A stretch of DNA of 64,000 nucleotides from Myxococcales bacterium LLY-WYZ-16_1 (GCA_031800475.1 DAPKRQ010000263.1:14547-78546); one strand, 5' to 3'; numbered from the stretch's first letter, positions 21,637-31,635 are shown. Made by a program: numbers and translations. Notes: generated by a model from the sequence alone, not told the origin.

Positions 21637-21735
21637 CGCCTGTCGCGAACGCCTTGCAGGCCGGTCGACGGAGCCATCGTGCTAAGAAGGCACCATGGCG
21701 GTTGGACCACCGGCCCGATTCGGTACGGAAGAGCC

Positions 21736-23826
21736 ATGAGCGACGTAAGCTGCCGGGTGTTCGAGTACTTCGACGTCGCCGCCCGGGAATACGGCTTTCC
21801 CGTCGAAAGCCTCTTGGCCGGGCTCGACATCTCACTCGACCACCTTCGAGACCCGAATCGGCGGGTGCCCTGGAGTACGTGGGCCGTGCTGTGCGACCGC
21901 CTCGAAGCGCGGATCGGTCCCGACGGGATTCGAAACATCTCGGGACAGATCAAAGACATGAACATGTCGCGCACCTTTTTGGCAGTGACGAGCTCTATAC
22001 TTTCGGTAGAACGCTTATACCGAGCCGTTTGCCTTTGGCTCGCGCCTCACCTTTTTCGCCACGCCACCTACTCGGTGGAGGTCCACGGCCCCGGGCGCAT
22101 CACCATCGACATTCGGATTCCCGAGGAGCTTCCGGGGTCGGTCGCCTGGCTGCGCATGAACGAAGGCGCGCTCTGTACCATACCAAGCTTGGTGGGGGCG
22201 CCCGACGCCCAGATCCGAGGTCAATTCACCCCGCACCACGGTCGTTTCGAAGTCTTCCATCCGGCTGAGCCCTCGTGGTCCGAGCGCTTGTGGCGGCGGC
22301 TTCGGATGCGCTTCGACCCGGACTCGACCATCGACGAACTGGCCGAAATGCAGCGGGACCTTCGGTCGGCATACGGAAAGCTGGCCGAGTCGGAGCGAGA
22401 GCTGCACCAGGTGCTGGAGCGGCTCCCCGACCCGGTTTCGGTATGGTCCGACGACGGACTCGTGTTCAGCAACCGAGCCTGGGCGGAGTCGTTTCCCGGC
22501 GGCCTCGACCCGAGGGGTCAGGGCCTCGTCCACCCGGACCGCCCCCGAAAGGAGGTTCGGCTACGGGGGCCCGATGGGGTCCAGAGGGTCTACGTGAGTC
22601 CGCCGGTCTCGGCCGTGCGCTTTCGGGGTCGGGATGCGGTCGTGCTGGTGCTGCGCGACGTGACCGCCGAGCGAGCCGAAGCGGAGAAGACGGCGCTTTC
22701 CGACCGTCTGACCACCCTCGGCACGCTGGCAGCGTGCGTGGGTCACGAGATCAACAATCCTTTGGCGTACGTGGCGGCAAGCCTGGAGTGCATGAGCGCG
22801 GACCTGAAGCGGGACGGGTCGGTCGACCGGGCTGCACTCCAAGAGGCGATTCGGTCGGCCATGGATGGCCTCGATCGAGTCACCACGATCAGCCAGGACC
22901 TCAATACCTTCGCTCGAAAGGAATTTCGTACCGAGCCCGTATGCGTCCGCCAGGCGCTGAAGCTCGCCCTTCGAATCTGCGGCAATCAAATCAAGCACGT
23001 GGCTCGAGTACAGCTCGACGCGACCGACGACCTTCCGCCCATCGCGGCGGATGCGAGCCGAGTGAGCCAGGTGTTCGTCAACCTGGTGGTGAACGCCGCC
23101 CACGCCATGGCCGGCGGAAGTCCCGATACCGACCGCCTCACGCTTCGAGCCTGCGCGCGAGACGGCGGGGTACAGGTCGACGTGGAAGATACCGGCACCG
23201 GCATGGAGCCCTGGGTGGTCGAGCGGGCCTTCGAACCCTTCGTGACCACCAAGGGTCAACGGGGCACGGGCTTGGGTCTGGCGGTGTGCCGCAAGATCGT
23301 CGACGAGCACGGCGGCTGGATCGACCTGAAAAGCACACCCGGCGAAGGCACTCGGATCTCGGTGTGGTTTCCGGCGGCACAGAGCCTCGGCCCTTCGGTC
23401 CGTCCCGAGCGAACCCCCGAGCCTTCTCGGCAGTGGCGGGTCCTTTTGGTCGACGACGAACCCGAGCTCGCTCGGCTGGTGAGCCGACTTCTGCGCCCCC
23501 ACCGGGTCGAATCGGTACCGGACGGTACGAGAGCACTGGCCCGACTCCGGGCCGATTCCGAATTCGACGCCGTGGTGTGCGACCTGATGATGCCCCGCAT
23601 GAGCGGAGTCGAGCTCCATCGGCAGATGGCAGAGGTCACGCCCGAACTCGCCCAGCGAACCGTGTTCTTGACCGGCGGCACCTTCAGCGATGACTGCGAG
23701 GCGCATCTGGCGGACGTGCAGCTGCCCTGCGTGATGAAGCCGTTTCGGCGCGATGACCTGATCCGGGCCCTCCAGCGGGTGACGGAGGTCCGTGCGACCA
23801 CGAGCCCGCGGTCGCTCCTTCCCTGA
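21736..23826 (+). CDS. Cytoplasmic hybrid sensor histidine kinase / response regulator (sensor region - HisKA - HATPase_c - REC)
   Basis: H-box LAACVGHEINNPLAYV. ATP-binding G-boxes (GTGMEP, GTGLGLAVCRKIV). C-terminal receiver (LLVDDEPELARL ... DAVVCDLMMPRMSG). No transmembrane segment. Confidence 0.85.
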   Translation: MSDVSCRVFEYFDVAAREYGFPVESLLAGLDISLDHLRDPNRRVPWSTWAVLCDRLEARIGPDGIRNISGQIKDMNMSRTFLAVTSSILSVERLYRAVCLWLAPHLFRHATYSVEVHGPGRITIDIRIPEELPGSVAWLRMNEGALCTIPSLVGAPDAQIRGQFTPHHGRFEVFHPAEPSWSERLWRRLRMRFDPDSTIDELAEMQRDLRSAYGKLAESERELHQVLERLPDPVSVWSDDGLVFSNRAWAESFPGGLDPRGQGLVHPDRPRKEVRLRGPDGVQRVYVSPPVSAVRFRGRDAVVLVLRDVTAERAEAEKTALSDRLTTLGTLAACVGHEINNPLAYVAASLECMSADLKRDGSVDRAALQEAIRSAMDGLDRVTTISQDLNTFARKEFRTEPVCVRQALKLALRICGNQIKHVARVQLDATDDLPPIAADASRVSQVFVNLVVNAAHAMAGGSPDTDRLTLRACARDGGVQVDVEDTGTGMEPWVVERAFEPFVTTKGQRGTGLGLAVCRKIVDEHGGWIDLKSTPGEGTRISVWFPAAQSLGPSVRPERTPEPSRQWRVLLVDDEPELARLVSRLLRPHRVESVPDGTRALARLRADSEFDAVVCDLMMPRMSGVELHRQMAEVTPELAQRTVFLTGGTFSDDCEAHLADVQLPCVMKPFRRDDLIRALQRVTEVRATTSPRSLLP

Positions 23827-23886
23827 TGCTTCCGGTTTTTTCGGGCATCGCATACTCGGGCCCGATGCGGTAGCCCGGTCGCAACC

Positions 23887-25464
23887 ATGGCCAAGGTCTA
23901 CCAGCGCCTGCTCGATGGCGTGGAGCGCGCCGGAAACCTGCTTCCCCATCCGTTCTGGCTGTTTCTGATCCTGATCGGTGCGGTGGCGATCGTGTCGGAG
24001 CTCGCGGTTCAACTCGACTGGCAGCTTTCCCTTCCCGACGGCTCGGGAACGGCTGAAGCCCGCTCGCTGCTGCGACCGGAAGCGCTGGCGTGGTTCGTGC
24101 TTCACATGGTCGAAAACTTTGGCCACTTCGAGCCCCTGGGCCTGGTGTTGGTCATGCTGATGGGGGTGTCGATCGCCGAGGGTTCGGGGCTCATCACCAC
24201 GGTCATGCGGCGCATCGCCCTGACGGTTCCAGCTCGGGCAGTTACGCCGGTGCTCTTCGCCTTGGCCGCATGCGGAAACATCGGGTCGGACGCGGGGGTG
24301 GTGGTCGTGCCCCCTTTGGCCGCAGCCGTGTTTCGACAACTCGGACGGAACCCGATCGTGGGCCTGATGGTGGGCTATGTGGGAGCCACGGCCGGATTCA
24401 CCGCCAACCTGATCCCGGCAGGCACCGACGTGCTGGCCGTGGCCTTGACCAATGCCGCCACCAACGGGAACCCGGAGATCAACGTCCTCGCCAACTGGTA
24501 CTTCATGGTGGTTTCGGTCCTGTTCCTGGCGACCTTGGGCACCTGGGTGACCAAGACCGTCGTCGAGCCCCGCGTGCGTCGAACCACGGCCCCCCGGCCC
24601 GACGGACCGGACGGGAGCCGGCAAGGCAGTGCGGCAGGCGGGGACAGCGACTCGTCAGCTGCCCCATCGAAAGAGCCTCGCACACCCGATCCCCGCCGCG
24701 AAAGCCGGGCCCTGGCCTGGGCCCTCGGGGCCGTGGCGGTGGGTGCCGCCGTGTGGTTGTCGATGGTCCTCGTGCCGAACGGAGCGCTGCGGTCTACCGA
24801 CCCGGAGCAGTTCTGGCGCTCCCCGTTCTTCAAGGGCTTGGTGCCGATCCTGTTTTCGCTGTTTGCCCTGGGGGGCGTGGTATTCGGCCGGGTCAGCGGC
24901 ACGGTCCGGCGACCGGACGACGTCCTCGACTTCATGACCGAAGCGATGCGGAGCATGGGGGGCTATATCGTCCTCGTTCTCGCGATCAGTCAGTTCACGG
25001 AGTGCTTTCAGTATACCGGACTCGACCAACTGATCGCCGTCGGAGGTGCCGACCTGCTCCGCTCGTTGGGTATCCAAGACGTTCCGATCCCGTTTTTCGT
25101 CGCGTTCATCGTCGCGGTCGCCGTGGCCAACTTGTTCATGGGCAGCGCCTCGGCCAAGTGGGCGATCTTCGCACCGATCTTCGTGCCCATGTTCCTGCAG
25201 CTCGACTACCACCCAGCCTTCACCCAGCTGCTTTACCGGGTAGGCGACTCGATCACGAACTGCGTGAGTCCGCTCTATCCCTACTTCCCTCTGCTGCTCG
25301 GTTGGGTAGGCCGCGAATCTCCCGAACAGGCCCGGGTGGGCTCGGTGCTGGCGCTGCTCGTGCCCTACGCCTTCTTCCTGCTCCTGGGATGGACCGTCAT
25401 GCTCGTGCTCTGGTTCTTGCTGGGCCTGCCGGTCGGTCCGGACAGTCCGATCCGGATGCCCTGA
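23887..25464 (+). CDS. AbgT-family transporter (p-aminobenzoyl-glutamate/antimetabolite transporter family)
   Basis: N-terminus MAKVYQRLLDGVERAGNLLPHPF is typical of AbgT. 525 aa, polytopic and hydrophobic. Confidence 0.8.
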   Translation: MAKVYQRLLDGVERAGNLLPHPFWLFLILIGAVAIVSELAVQLDWQLSLPDGSGTAEARSLLRPEALAWFVLHMVENFGHFEPLGLVLVMLMGVSIAEGSGLITTVMRRIALTVPARAVTPVLFALAACGNIGSDAGVVVVPPLAAAVFRQLGRNPIVGLMVGYVGATAGFTANLIPAGTDVLAVALTNAATNGNPEINVLANWYFMVVSVLFLATLGTWVTKTVVEPRVRRTTAPRPDGPDGSRQGSAAGGDSDSSAAPSKEPRTPDPRRESRALAWALGAVAVGAAVWLSMVLVPNGALRSTDPEQFWRSPFFKGLVPILFSLFALGGVVFGRVSGTVRRPDDVLDFMTEAMRSMGGYIVLVLAISQFTECFQYTGLDQLIAVGGADLLRSLGIQDVPIPFFVAFIVAVAVANLFMGSASAKWAIFAPIFVPMFLQLDYHPAFTQLLYRVGDSITNCVSPLYPYFPLLLGWVGRESPEQARVGSVLALLVPYAFFLLLGWTVMLVLWFLLGLPVGPDSPIRMP

Positions 25465-25577
25465 CCGGTCGGAAGGGGGCGATTCAGGTCCCCGAACCGG
25501 GTGGAAGGGGGCGATTCGGGTCCCCGAACCGGGTGGAAGGGACGCGCGTGGAAGGGTCCGAAGCGCTCCGGGTCCCC
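25465..25577 (+). repeat. Tandem direct repeat, about 32-36 bp unit x2 plus a degenerate third copy (GGAAGGGGGCGATTCRGGTCCCCGAACCGGGT), immediately 3' of the abgT-family stop
   Basis: Seen directly. Each unit has an internal GGGGG...CCCC inverted segment. Lies in the 300-bp convergent intergenic region. Confidence 0.6.
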
Positions 25578-25769
25578 ATCTCGGTCGAGGCCACCGAGGT
25601 CCAAGGCACCTTTAGGCTGACCCCGCGGATTCCGCGGCTACCGAACTTCGAGCTGCGCTGGAGCGCCGACCTCCGGGGAAGGAGTCCAGAGGTCACGCCC
25701 GAGCGGCCCACCCGATACGCCTTGGAGGTGCGGGCGGGCGGCCAGCTGTTCGGGCGGGGCGAAGCGGGA

Positions 25770-27356
25770 TCAAAACAGCTGCTCCACACTCGCGCTCACG
25801 CCCCACTCGTTTTCGCCCGTCTGGGTCACGAAGCCGGTGAGCCCGTACAGGCTCACCTTGAACGCGTCCAACAACACCGTGTGGGCCCCGATGCCGAAGG
25901 CGTTCGCCGCCTGAAAAGAACGGGCAAAGGTCTGTCGATTCACACCCTCGAACAGGGCACCGTCGTGGAAAGCACTGACTTTGAAGTAGTCGCGAAGGAT
26001 CGCCAGTTGGTATTCTACGCGAAGAGATCCGATGTGCTCGGTGAAGAAGCGGTCGCCAAACAGGCCCCGCACGTGGTCGCTGATTCGCACCTCGTCCACG
26101 AAGGATACAGTTCCGGCCAAAGACTCGGCGTACAGCCGAATCACCAACTCGTCGAGCCCAAACCCGAACGTCTTGTCGTACCGAAAGACCCCCACCCACA
26201 GGGGCCGTTCCTGAAAGGAAGGAAAAACTCTTCCTTCCAAAAGAAATCGATGCCGCCGGTCGATCCGGAGCTGGTCTAGACCGAATGCGAGGCCCACTCC
26301 GAAGGACGCCATCAGCCGGGTCTCGTCGAGGGGATCTCTGCGAGGCAGCGGGTCCTCCTCCCGAAGACCGAGAAGCTGACGGTACTGAATACCTCCGCCA
26401 AAGGACAGTCGCAGCTGCTCGATGATCGGCCACGACACGCCGACCATGGGCTCGACCTGAAGAAAGTCGTAAGAACGGATCCCCAGGTCCAGCCGCTGGC
26501 GGCTGATCAATACGGCCCCCGGTGCCACGAATGGTCTCAGGCCCTCGATCGGGGGGCTCCACCATCGCATCCCGAACCCCCCTCGCGAAACGAATCGACG
26601 GCCCTCGGCGTCCGAGAACACGTCCTGGACCCGAAGTCCCAGCTCCGGGATCAACTCCAGTCGGTCGTCTTCGAGGAATGCCGACCGAAAGCGATACAGA
26701 ACCCGGGCCGTGAGACCGTCGGGACCCTGCAGGTCCGCGTCGAAGTCGAACCCGGGCGGCAGCCACTCTCTGGAGGCGAACACATAGAGCTCGTAGCGTC
26801 CTTGCACGGGAAGCTCCACGAACCGCTCGAGAAGCCGCTCGAGCTGAACGAGCCGCCCAGGGCCGAGGCCCCCTTCCTTGTCTTCACTGACTCGGATCTC
26901 GAAGTGATCGATCTCGACGCCGAACTGCCGTTCGAGCTGGGGAAACTGGGCTTCGAGTGCCTTTCTGTTGAAAATATCTTTCGGGAGTTCGAGCGCAAGC
27001 TTCATCCCCGCCGCTCTGAGCGCATCTTGACCCGGAAACACGATGCGATCGAGCTTGCCCTCGTCGACTCGAACCTGGATGCTCTTTCCGTCGGTCGACG
27101 TCCGTACCGAAGCCAGCTCGTAGCCCGACTCCCGCAAAAACTCCAAAATTCGGCGTCGCACGGTCCGGGCGGTCTCGGAATCTGCCGCGTCGAACCGATC
27201 CAGGTCGGCGACCGCTTCGTAGACATAGTCGCTCAAGACCTGGTTGCCCTCGATCACCAGATCGGCGGCGGCTTCGGCCGACCGCGGAACGGTGAGCCCG
27301 CCGCCGACGCAAGCCGCCAGGATGGCGGCGACGGCGCTGCGATCGGCACGAGCCAT
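25770..27356 (-). CDS. Omp85-superfamily outer-membrane protein (POTRA-like N-terminus plus C-terminal beta-barrel; BamA/TamA-like or two-partner-secretion transporter-like)
   Basis: Signal peptide (AAILAACVGG). Alternating amphipathic beta-strand pattern. C-terminal EQLF. About 520 aa. Last gene of a three-gene coupled operon. Confidence 0.6.
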   Translation of the reverse strand: MARADRSAVAAILAACVGGGLTVPRSAEAAADLVIEGNQVLSDYVYEAVADLDRFDAADSETARTVRRRILEFLRESGYELASVRTSTDGKSIQVRVDEGKLDRIVFPGQDALRAAGMKLALELPKDIFNRKALEAQFPQLERQFGVEIDHFEIRVSEDKEGGLGPGRLVQLERLLERFVELPVQGRYELYVFASREWLPPGFDFDADLQGPDGLTARVLYRFRSAFLEDDRLELIPELGLRVQDVFSDAEGRRFVSRGGFGMRWWSPPIEGLRPFVAPGAVLISRQRLDLGIRSYDFLQVEPMVGVSWPIIEQLRLSFGGGIQYRQLLGLREEDPLPRRDPLDETRLMASFGVGLAFGLDQLRIDRRHRFLLEGRVFPSFQERPLWVGVFRYDKTFGFGLDELVIRLYAESLAGTVSFVDEVRISDHVRGLFGDRFFTEHIGSLRVEYQLAILRDYFKVSAFHDGALFEGVNRQTFARSFQAANAFGIGAHTVLLDAFKVSLYGLTGFVTQTGENEWGVSASVEQLF

Positions 27357-27393
27357 CGGACCGGGTGGCGGTAGCAAAACCCAAGGCCGCTGG

Positions 27394-28899
27394 CTACGCC
27401 GAGTACGTCCGTGACGGCGGCTGCACGAAGGCGCGAAGGTCGGCACAGCGAAACCTCGGGGGTCTCGCCGCTTCTTCTGTGGCCATCCGTCGATGAAACC
27501 GCGCCGCAGCCCGGCGCACCTGCTCCGCCGCGTGTTCGCGAAAGGGCTCTCCCCGCATCAAAAACGGCCAGTCGCTGGCCTGCAGATCCAAAACGGCCTC
27601 CACCCGGGTCGAAGCCGCGGGATCGTCGGGATTCGCATGTTTGGCCCACCGCAGAAGCCGGCGGCTGCATGTTTCGACCAACCCCTGGACCCACGCATTT
27701 TCAGCGCCGATCCAGGTCTGAAAAAACCCGCCCCGTCCCCAGCTGCTCGGCTCCGGCACGCGCACCTCCACGGGCGCCCCGGAGCGAACGACACCAGCGG
27801 GCCCACGGACCGCGAACCCAGCGGCCAGTCCGGCCCGGACCACCCGGTCGAGCCATCGGGGTCCTTCGTACCACCAGTGCCCGAAGAGCTCGGCGTCGAA
27901 CGGCGCGCTCGAAACGGGGACGCGACCGGTGCGCGCTCGAAAGGCCTCGGCGTCGGCGGCAGCCCCTTCGACGAAGGACCGGACGTCCCGGTCCACCTGC
28001 CGGTGGGCGTCAGCGGCCACGTAGGGTCGTTTCGGTCCACCGGTGTGGTCGGTGACCCGCCAGACCTTCAGGCCCAAGGGCCTGCGGTCGGGGGGCAAAC
28101 CGCAGTCGACTCGGAGCCGTTCGCCCACCCCATCCGACCCGTCGGAGTGAAAGTCTCGGTAGGCGGGACGGGTGGGGAAACCGAAATCGGAACTCCACAC
28201 CCGAAGGGCCGCTTTCGGATCTCGCGGAAAAGCCACCGGCCCGCTCGGACACTGCATCGGCGCCCCCGTGCCGAAAACGGCCTCGGAGGCGGCGTGGGCC
28301 TCCACGAAAAAGACCGGCACCGCTTCCGCTGCCAGGATGGGTTCGAGCTCCGGCGACCATGCGCACTCTGGCAACCACAGGCCGGCGGGGCGGTGCCCCA
28401 TGCGCGCCCGGAACTCCGCGAGGCCGATGCGGATCTGGGCCGCCGCCAGGCGGAGATCCATCGAAGCGAGCAGCGGCAAAATCCCGTGGGAGGCGGCGGT
28501 GGTCTGAAGTTCGAGCACGCCCGCCTGGGAAAGGCGCCGGAAGACCTGGATCAGGTCACCGTCCCATCGCTCGAATCGACGGAGACGGGCTTTCCAGTCC
28601 TGGGCCAAATCGGTGTGCCCGAGGCGTTCGGCCAGCCGGACCGAGCCCTCTTGGCGTCGCACGAAGGCCCGCTGCACGGCGGGATCTTGCAGCATCGACA
28701 GCAAGGGCGGGGACACCGACCACGCCACGGAAGCGTCGAGGCCGTCCCGGGCCCACCCCTCGAACACGGTGAGGAGCGGTACATAAGCGTCGCGCACCGC
28801 TTCGAACACCCAATCCAGCGGCCACGGTGCCTCCACCTCCGGGTCCCGCACCTCCGGCAGGTGGGCATGCAACCCGAAGACCCAAACGCCTCGCACCAT
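27394..28899 (-). CDS. GH57-family alpha-glucan branching-enzyme-like protein (GH57 domain plus DUF1957-type C-terminus)
   Basis: The N-terminus (VFGLHAHLPEVRDPE ... DWVFEAVRDAYVPLL) matches the VLHTHIPYV...EEWLFEA...ETYIPLL pattern of GH57 branching enzymes. WLPECAW catalytic-region motif present. 501 aa. Confidence 0.8.
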   Translation of the reverse strand: MVRGVWVFGLHAHLPEVRDPEVEAPWPLDWVFEAVRDAYVPLLTVFEGWARDGLDASVAWSVSPPLLSMLQDPAVQRAFVRRQEGSVRLAERLGHTDLAQDWKARLRRFERWDGDLIQVFRRLSQAGVLELQTTAASHGILPLLASMDLRLAAAQIRIGLAEFRARMGHRPAGLWLPECAWSPELEPILAAEAVPVFFVEAHAASEAVFGTGAPMQCPSGPVAFPRDPKAALRVWSSDFGFPTRPAYRDFHSDGSDGVGERLRVDCGLPPDRRPLGLKVWRVTDHTGGPKRPYVAADAHRQVDRDVRSFVEGAAADAEAFRARTGRVPVSSAPFDAELFGHWWYEGPRWLDRVVRAGLAAGFAVRGPAGVVRSGAPVEVRVPEPSSWGRGGFFQTWIGAENAWVQGLVETCSRRLLRWAKHANPDDPAASTRVEAVLDLQASDWPFLMRGEPFREHAAEQVRRAAARFHRRMATEEAARPPRFRCADLRAFVQPPSRTYSA

Positions 28900-30785
28900 C
28901 AGCCGTCGTCGTGGGGGCCGAACTCGTGGGCGGGAATCAGAGCGCTCGAGGGACGCTCGGTTCGACCCGACCGGCGAGGATCCGGCGCGGGTCCGGGCCC
29001 CGGTCCTCGGTGGAGCGCCTGGGGCCCCTGCCGCACCGGCGCCGACCAGGCGTCGAGCCGGGCCCGGTGCGCCACCCCCGAACGGTCTTCCTCGGCAGCG
29101 TCCGGCGGCTCGAAAGCTCCGGGTCCCTCGACCGGCCCCCCGGCGAACTGGGATGGCCAGATCGGCCCGGGGACCCGGCCCGCCGCCCCCGCGTCAGGCC
29201 CCCTCGACAGGGGTTGCCTGTCGGGAAAGACGGGTGAGGGGCCGGCGGCCGGAACGGCTGCGCCCCCGGCGGGCTCGGACCCACCGCTCGTTTCGAGCGA
29301 ACCCGAGACCGGGGTCCGTTCGGCGGGCTCCGAGCCCGGCCTGGCCCTCACCCCCTGCTCGGCCGGGCCGGCCGCTGGGTGGACGAGCCCCGCCCTTCGC
29401 CCATCCAAACTCCGGAACGAAGTCGGTCGTTCCAGGGCGCGGCCCGGAAGGCCCCGCGCCGACGTCGGAAGCCCCGAAACCTCCCAGGCGCGACCCGGAA
29501 GGCCCCGCGCCGAGGTGGGCACGCGCCCCACGCTGCCGGGGCCCCAGGCCGACAGGTCGCCCTGCGGGAGAATCGGTCCGGGACCCGCCGAGGTGCCGGC
29601 GGCTCCGGGGGCCTCGAGTCTGGCCCCGACCGCGCCGGATGGCGTCCCGCCCAGGTGCTTGGACCCGTGGGCAGTAAAGGGCGCATCTGGCCGAGGACGC
29701 CGCAGATCTGGGGCCGGGCCGCGCCACCCCGAATCGGTCGAGCTGGCGCTGTCGGGAGCGTGGGCACCGCAGAGGGAGCTCGCCTCGAGCCAAGACGCCG
29801 CCTGGGTGGGGGGTTCGAAACGGGGCCCGTCCGCCTTCGATGGGTCCGCCGGACCGGGAGCCTCCACGATTCCAGACCGGGCCAACTCGCGCTCCCCTTC
29901 GTCCGCGACCACCACCAACTGAGCGTAGAAGCGCCCCGGACCGGGCCACCGGAAGAAGTACTGACCCTCCGACGGCGCCACCGCATCGTCGATGGCCGGC
30001 ATCGAATCGCACAGGGACCAGACCCGAAGCCGAGCGATGGCCCAGCGCATGCCGGCGGCAGCCGCCCCCACGGCGTGAAGCGGGATGTTCCAGGAAACGT
30101 AGGCCCAGGTCCGATCCCGCGGCAGCAAGAGCAGGCCGTCGGCCCCGGCCTGCGGTCCTTCGAGGGGCAGCAGGGGCTCGGAGTGGGGCGCCGCCGGTTC
30201 GGAGGGGTCCGGTGCAGATCGGGCAGGCTCGTCGGCCCTCGGCGCCAGGGTGGGGGACGGCGGAGCGGCGGTCGTCGATTGTGTTGCCCTGCCCGGCTTC
30301 GAAGAACCGCCGCGCTTCACGGCCTCGGCCTCGGGCGGTTCGGCGTCGGCTGCCGCCCCTGCGTGGGACGGAGCGGAGGAAGGCGCCGAACGGCGCCCCC
30401 CATCGGCCGGCGGGGCCGCCTCAGCCTCGGCGGCTTGTTCCTGCGCACCGGTCCCAGGCGCCGGATCGGCTGCGGGCTCGGTTTCCCGCATCGTTCTTTG
30501 GTTCGTCTGAATGGACGCAGCGAGCTGAGCAGCGCGTTTCAACAGATCGCTCGGCCGAGTCCGGATCGGCCGGCGACTGAGCTGGCTCACCAACTCGTCC
30601 ATGACGCGAATCCCCATGTCCCCGAGCCGAGACCGAGCCCGGCGAGCCCGGTCGACCGTAGCCGAAAGATTCTTGCCCAGGGCCCGAAGGGTCCGCAGCG
30701 CCTGGTCTTCCTGGGGTGCGGTCACGCCGCGGACGTAACAGGCCGCGATGAAATTCGGAACGCGATCCTCTCCGATCGACAGCAT
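28899..30785 (-). CDS. Pro/Ala/Gly-rich low-complexity protein with one conserved central block (LLLLPRDRTWAYVSWNIP); possibly the DUF4912-type partner often found beside GH57 genes
   Basis: The stop overlaps the GH57 start (TGATG). Internal nucleotide repeats encode TSARGLPGRA x2. The start is uncertain (ATG at 30785, or the longer ORF to 30965). The domain assignment is from memory only. Confidence 0.45.
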   Translation of the reverse strand: MLSIGEDRVPNFIAACYVRGVTAPQEDQALRTLRALGKNLSATVDRARRARSRLGDMGIRVMDELVSQLSRRPIRTRPSDLLKRAAQLAASIQTNQRTMRETEPAADPAPGTGAQEQAAEAEAAPPADGGRRSAPSSAPSHAGAAADAEPPEAEAVKRGGSSKPGRATQSTTAAPPSPTLAPRADEPARSAPDPSEPAAPHSEPLLPLEGPQAGADGLLLLPRDRTWAYVSWNIPLHAVGAAAAGMRWAIARLRVWSLCDSMPAIDDAVAPSEGQYFFRWPGPGRFYAQLVVVADEGERELARSGIVEAPGPADPSKADGPRFEPPTQAASWLEASSLCGAHAPDSASSTDSGWRGPAPDLRRPRPDAPFTAHGSKHLGGTPSGAVGARLEAPGAAGTSAGPGPILPQGDLSAWGPGSVGRVPTSARGLPGRAWEVSGLPTSARGLPGRALERPTSFRSLDGRRAGLVHPAAGPAEQGVRARPGSEPAERTPVSGSLETSGGSEPAGGAAVPAAGPSPVFPDRQPLSRGPDAGAAGRVPGPIWPSQFAGGPVEGPGAFEPPDAAEEDRSGVAHRARLDAWSAPVRQGPQALHRGPGPGPAPDPRRSGRTERPSSALIPAHEFGPHDDG

Positions 30786-30831
30786 GCTTCGCCGACCGAC
30801 CGCACCCTCTGAGGCGCTCGATGCGCGCTCG

Positions 30832-31554
30832 ATGTTGTGTCTCGCCCGGCGGTGGGAAAGGCTCGCGGAGATGGGCGCAAACCCTTTTTCGGTCGCGCTG
30901 ATCCTGTTGGGCCTGCTGGGGCTCTCGGTCGTCCTGCTGCTGCGCCGACCGGCGGGCCTGTTCACCAGCCGCCGGGCCCGTCTGCCCCGTCACCTGGATC
31001 TGGAACCGTTGGAAGGAAGTGTGCCGTTCGACGCCCGGACCCCGATGGAATATCTGTCGGAGCGCCTCGGCCACCTGGGCTTCGAATCTGCCGGTCCCCC
31101 GGTCCGGGTCCGGGCCTTCGACCGGACCGGCCATCGGCTCTTGGTCGTGCCTTTCGTCCATCGAGACGAGCGGGCGTACTTCCTGATGGGCATCGAATCA
31201 GGAGTATCCCCGAGATCCGAACTCATGTTGCACATCATCACGCCCCTGGAGGGCCAGCGCCGGGTGGAAACCACCACCTTGCCCATGTTGCAGGAAATGC
31301 GGTCGCCCGAAGCCGTCGAAGCCCGGGTGGTTCTTGACGCAGACTCGGTGGAGGAGATCTGGAGTCGCCACCGGCGGGCCCTGGTGGAGCACGAACGCCG
31401 AGAGCGGGCAGCCGTCGGCGCCGCGCAGTGGCCGCAGGTGGCGGCAGAGGCGTACGAAGCGTGGCTGCAGGCCGCGGTCCGGGCCCAGCGGCTGATCCTG
31501 GAGCCGAGCCGCGATCGATATCGGGTGCGACCGCGCCCGAAGAGCGTCGTCTGA
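30832..31554 (+). CDS. Hypothetical membrane protein
   Basis: One strong TM helix (FSVALILLGLLGLSVVLLL). No recognised domain. Divergent from the GH57 operon and directly upstream of the ElbD-like gene. Confidence 0.4.
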   Translation: MLCLARRWERLAEMGANPFSVALILLGLLGLSVVLLLRRPAGLFTSRRARLPRHLDLEPLEGSVPFDARTPMEYLSERLGHLGFESAGPPVRVRAFDRTGHRLLVVPFVHRDERAYFLMGIESGVSPRSELMLHIITPLEGQRRVETTTLPMLQEMRSPEAVEARVVLDADSVEEIWSRHRRALVEHERRERAAVGAAQWPQVAAEAYEAWLQAAVRAQRLILEPSRDRYRVRPRPKSVV

Positions 31555-31635
31555 CACCGGCCCGCAGCGGACGAGGATCCGAGACATGCCGGCGGCGGTC
31601 TGCTAGCTAGATGCCCGACGCGGCCAGCCGCCCGA

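Noticed and set aside
25465-25577. Possible CRISPR array, considered for each of the three tandem-repeat loci (also 42245-42334 and 44430-44525)
   Set aside because: The repeats are contiguous, or separated by only 3 nt, with no unique spacers of uniform length. The unit sizes of 16, 30 and 32 bp without spacers are VNTR or REP-like, not CRISPR. No cas genes are in the window.
22561-26279. Long ORFs 22561-24624 (-) and 24090-26279 (+)
   Set aside because: They overlap the hybrid kinase and AbgT genes in other frames. The plus-strand one also runs antisense through the Omp85 gene. Arg/Gly/Pro-rich.
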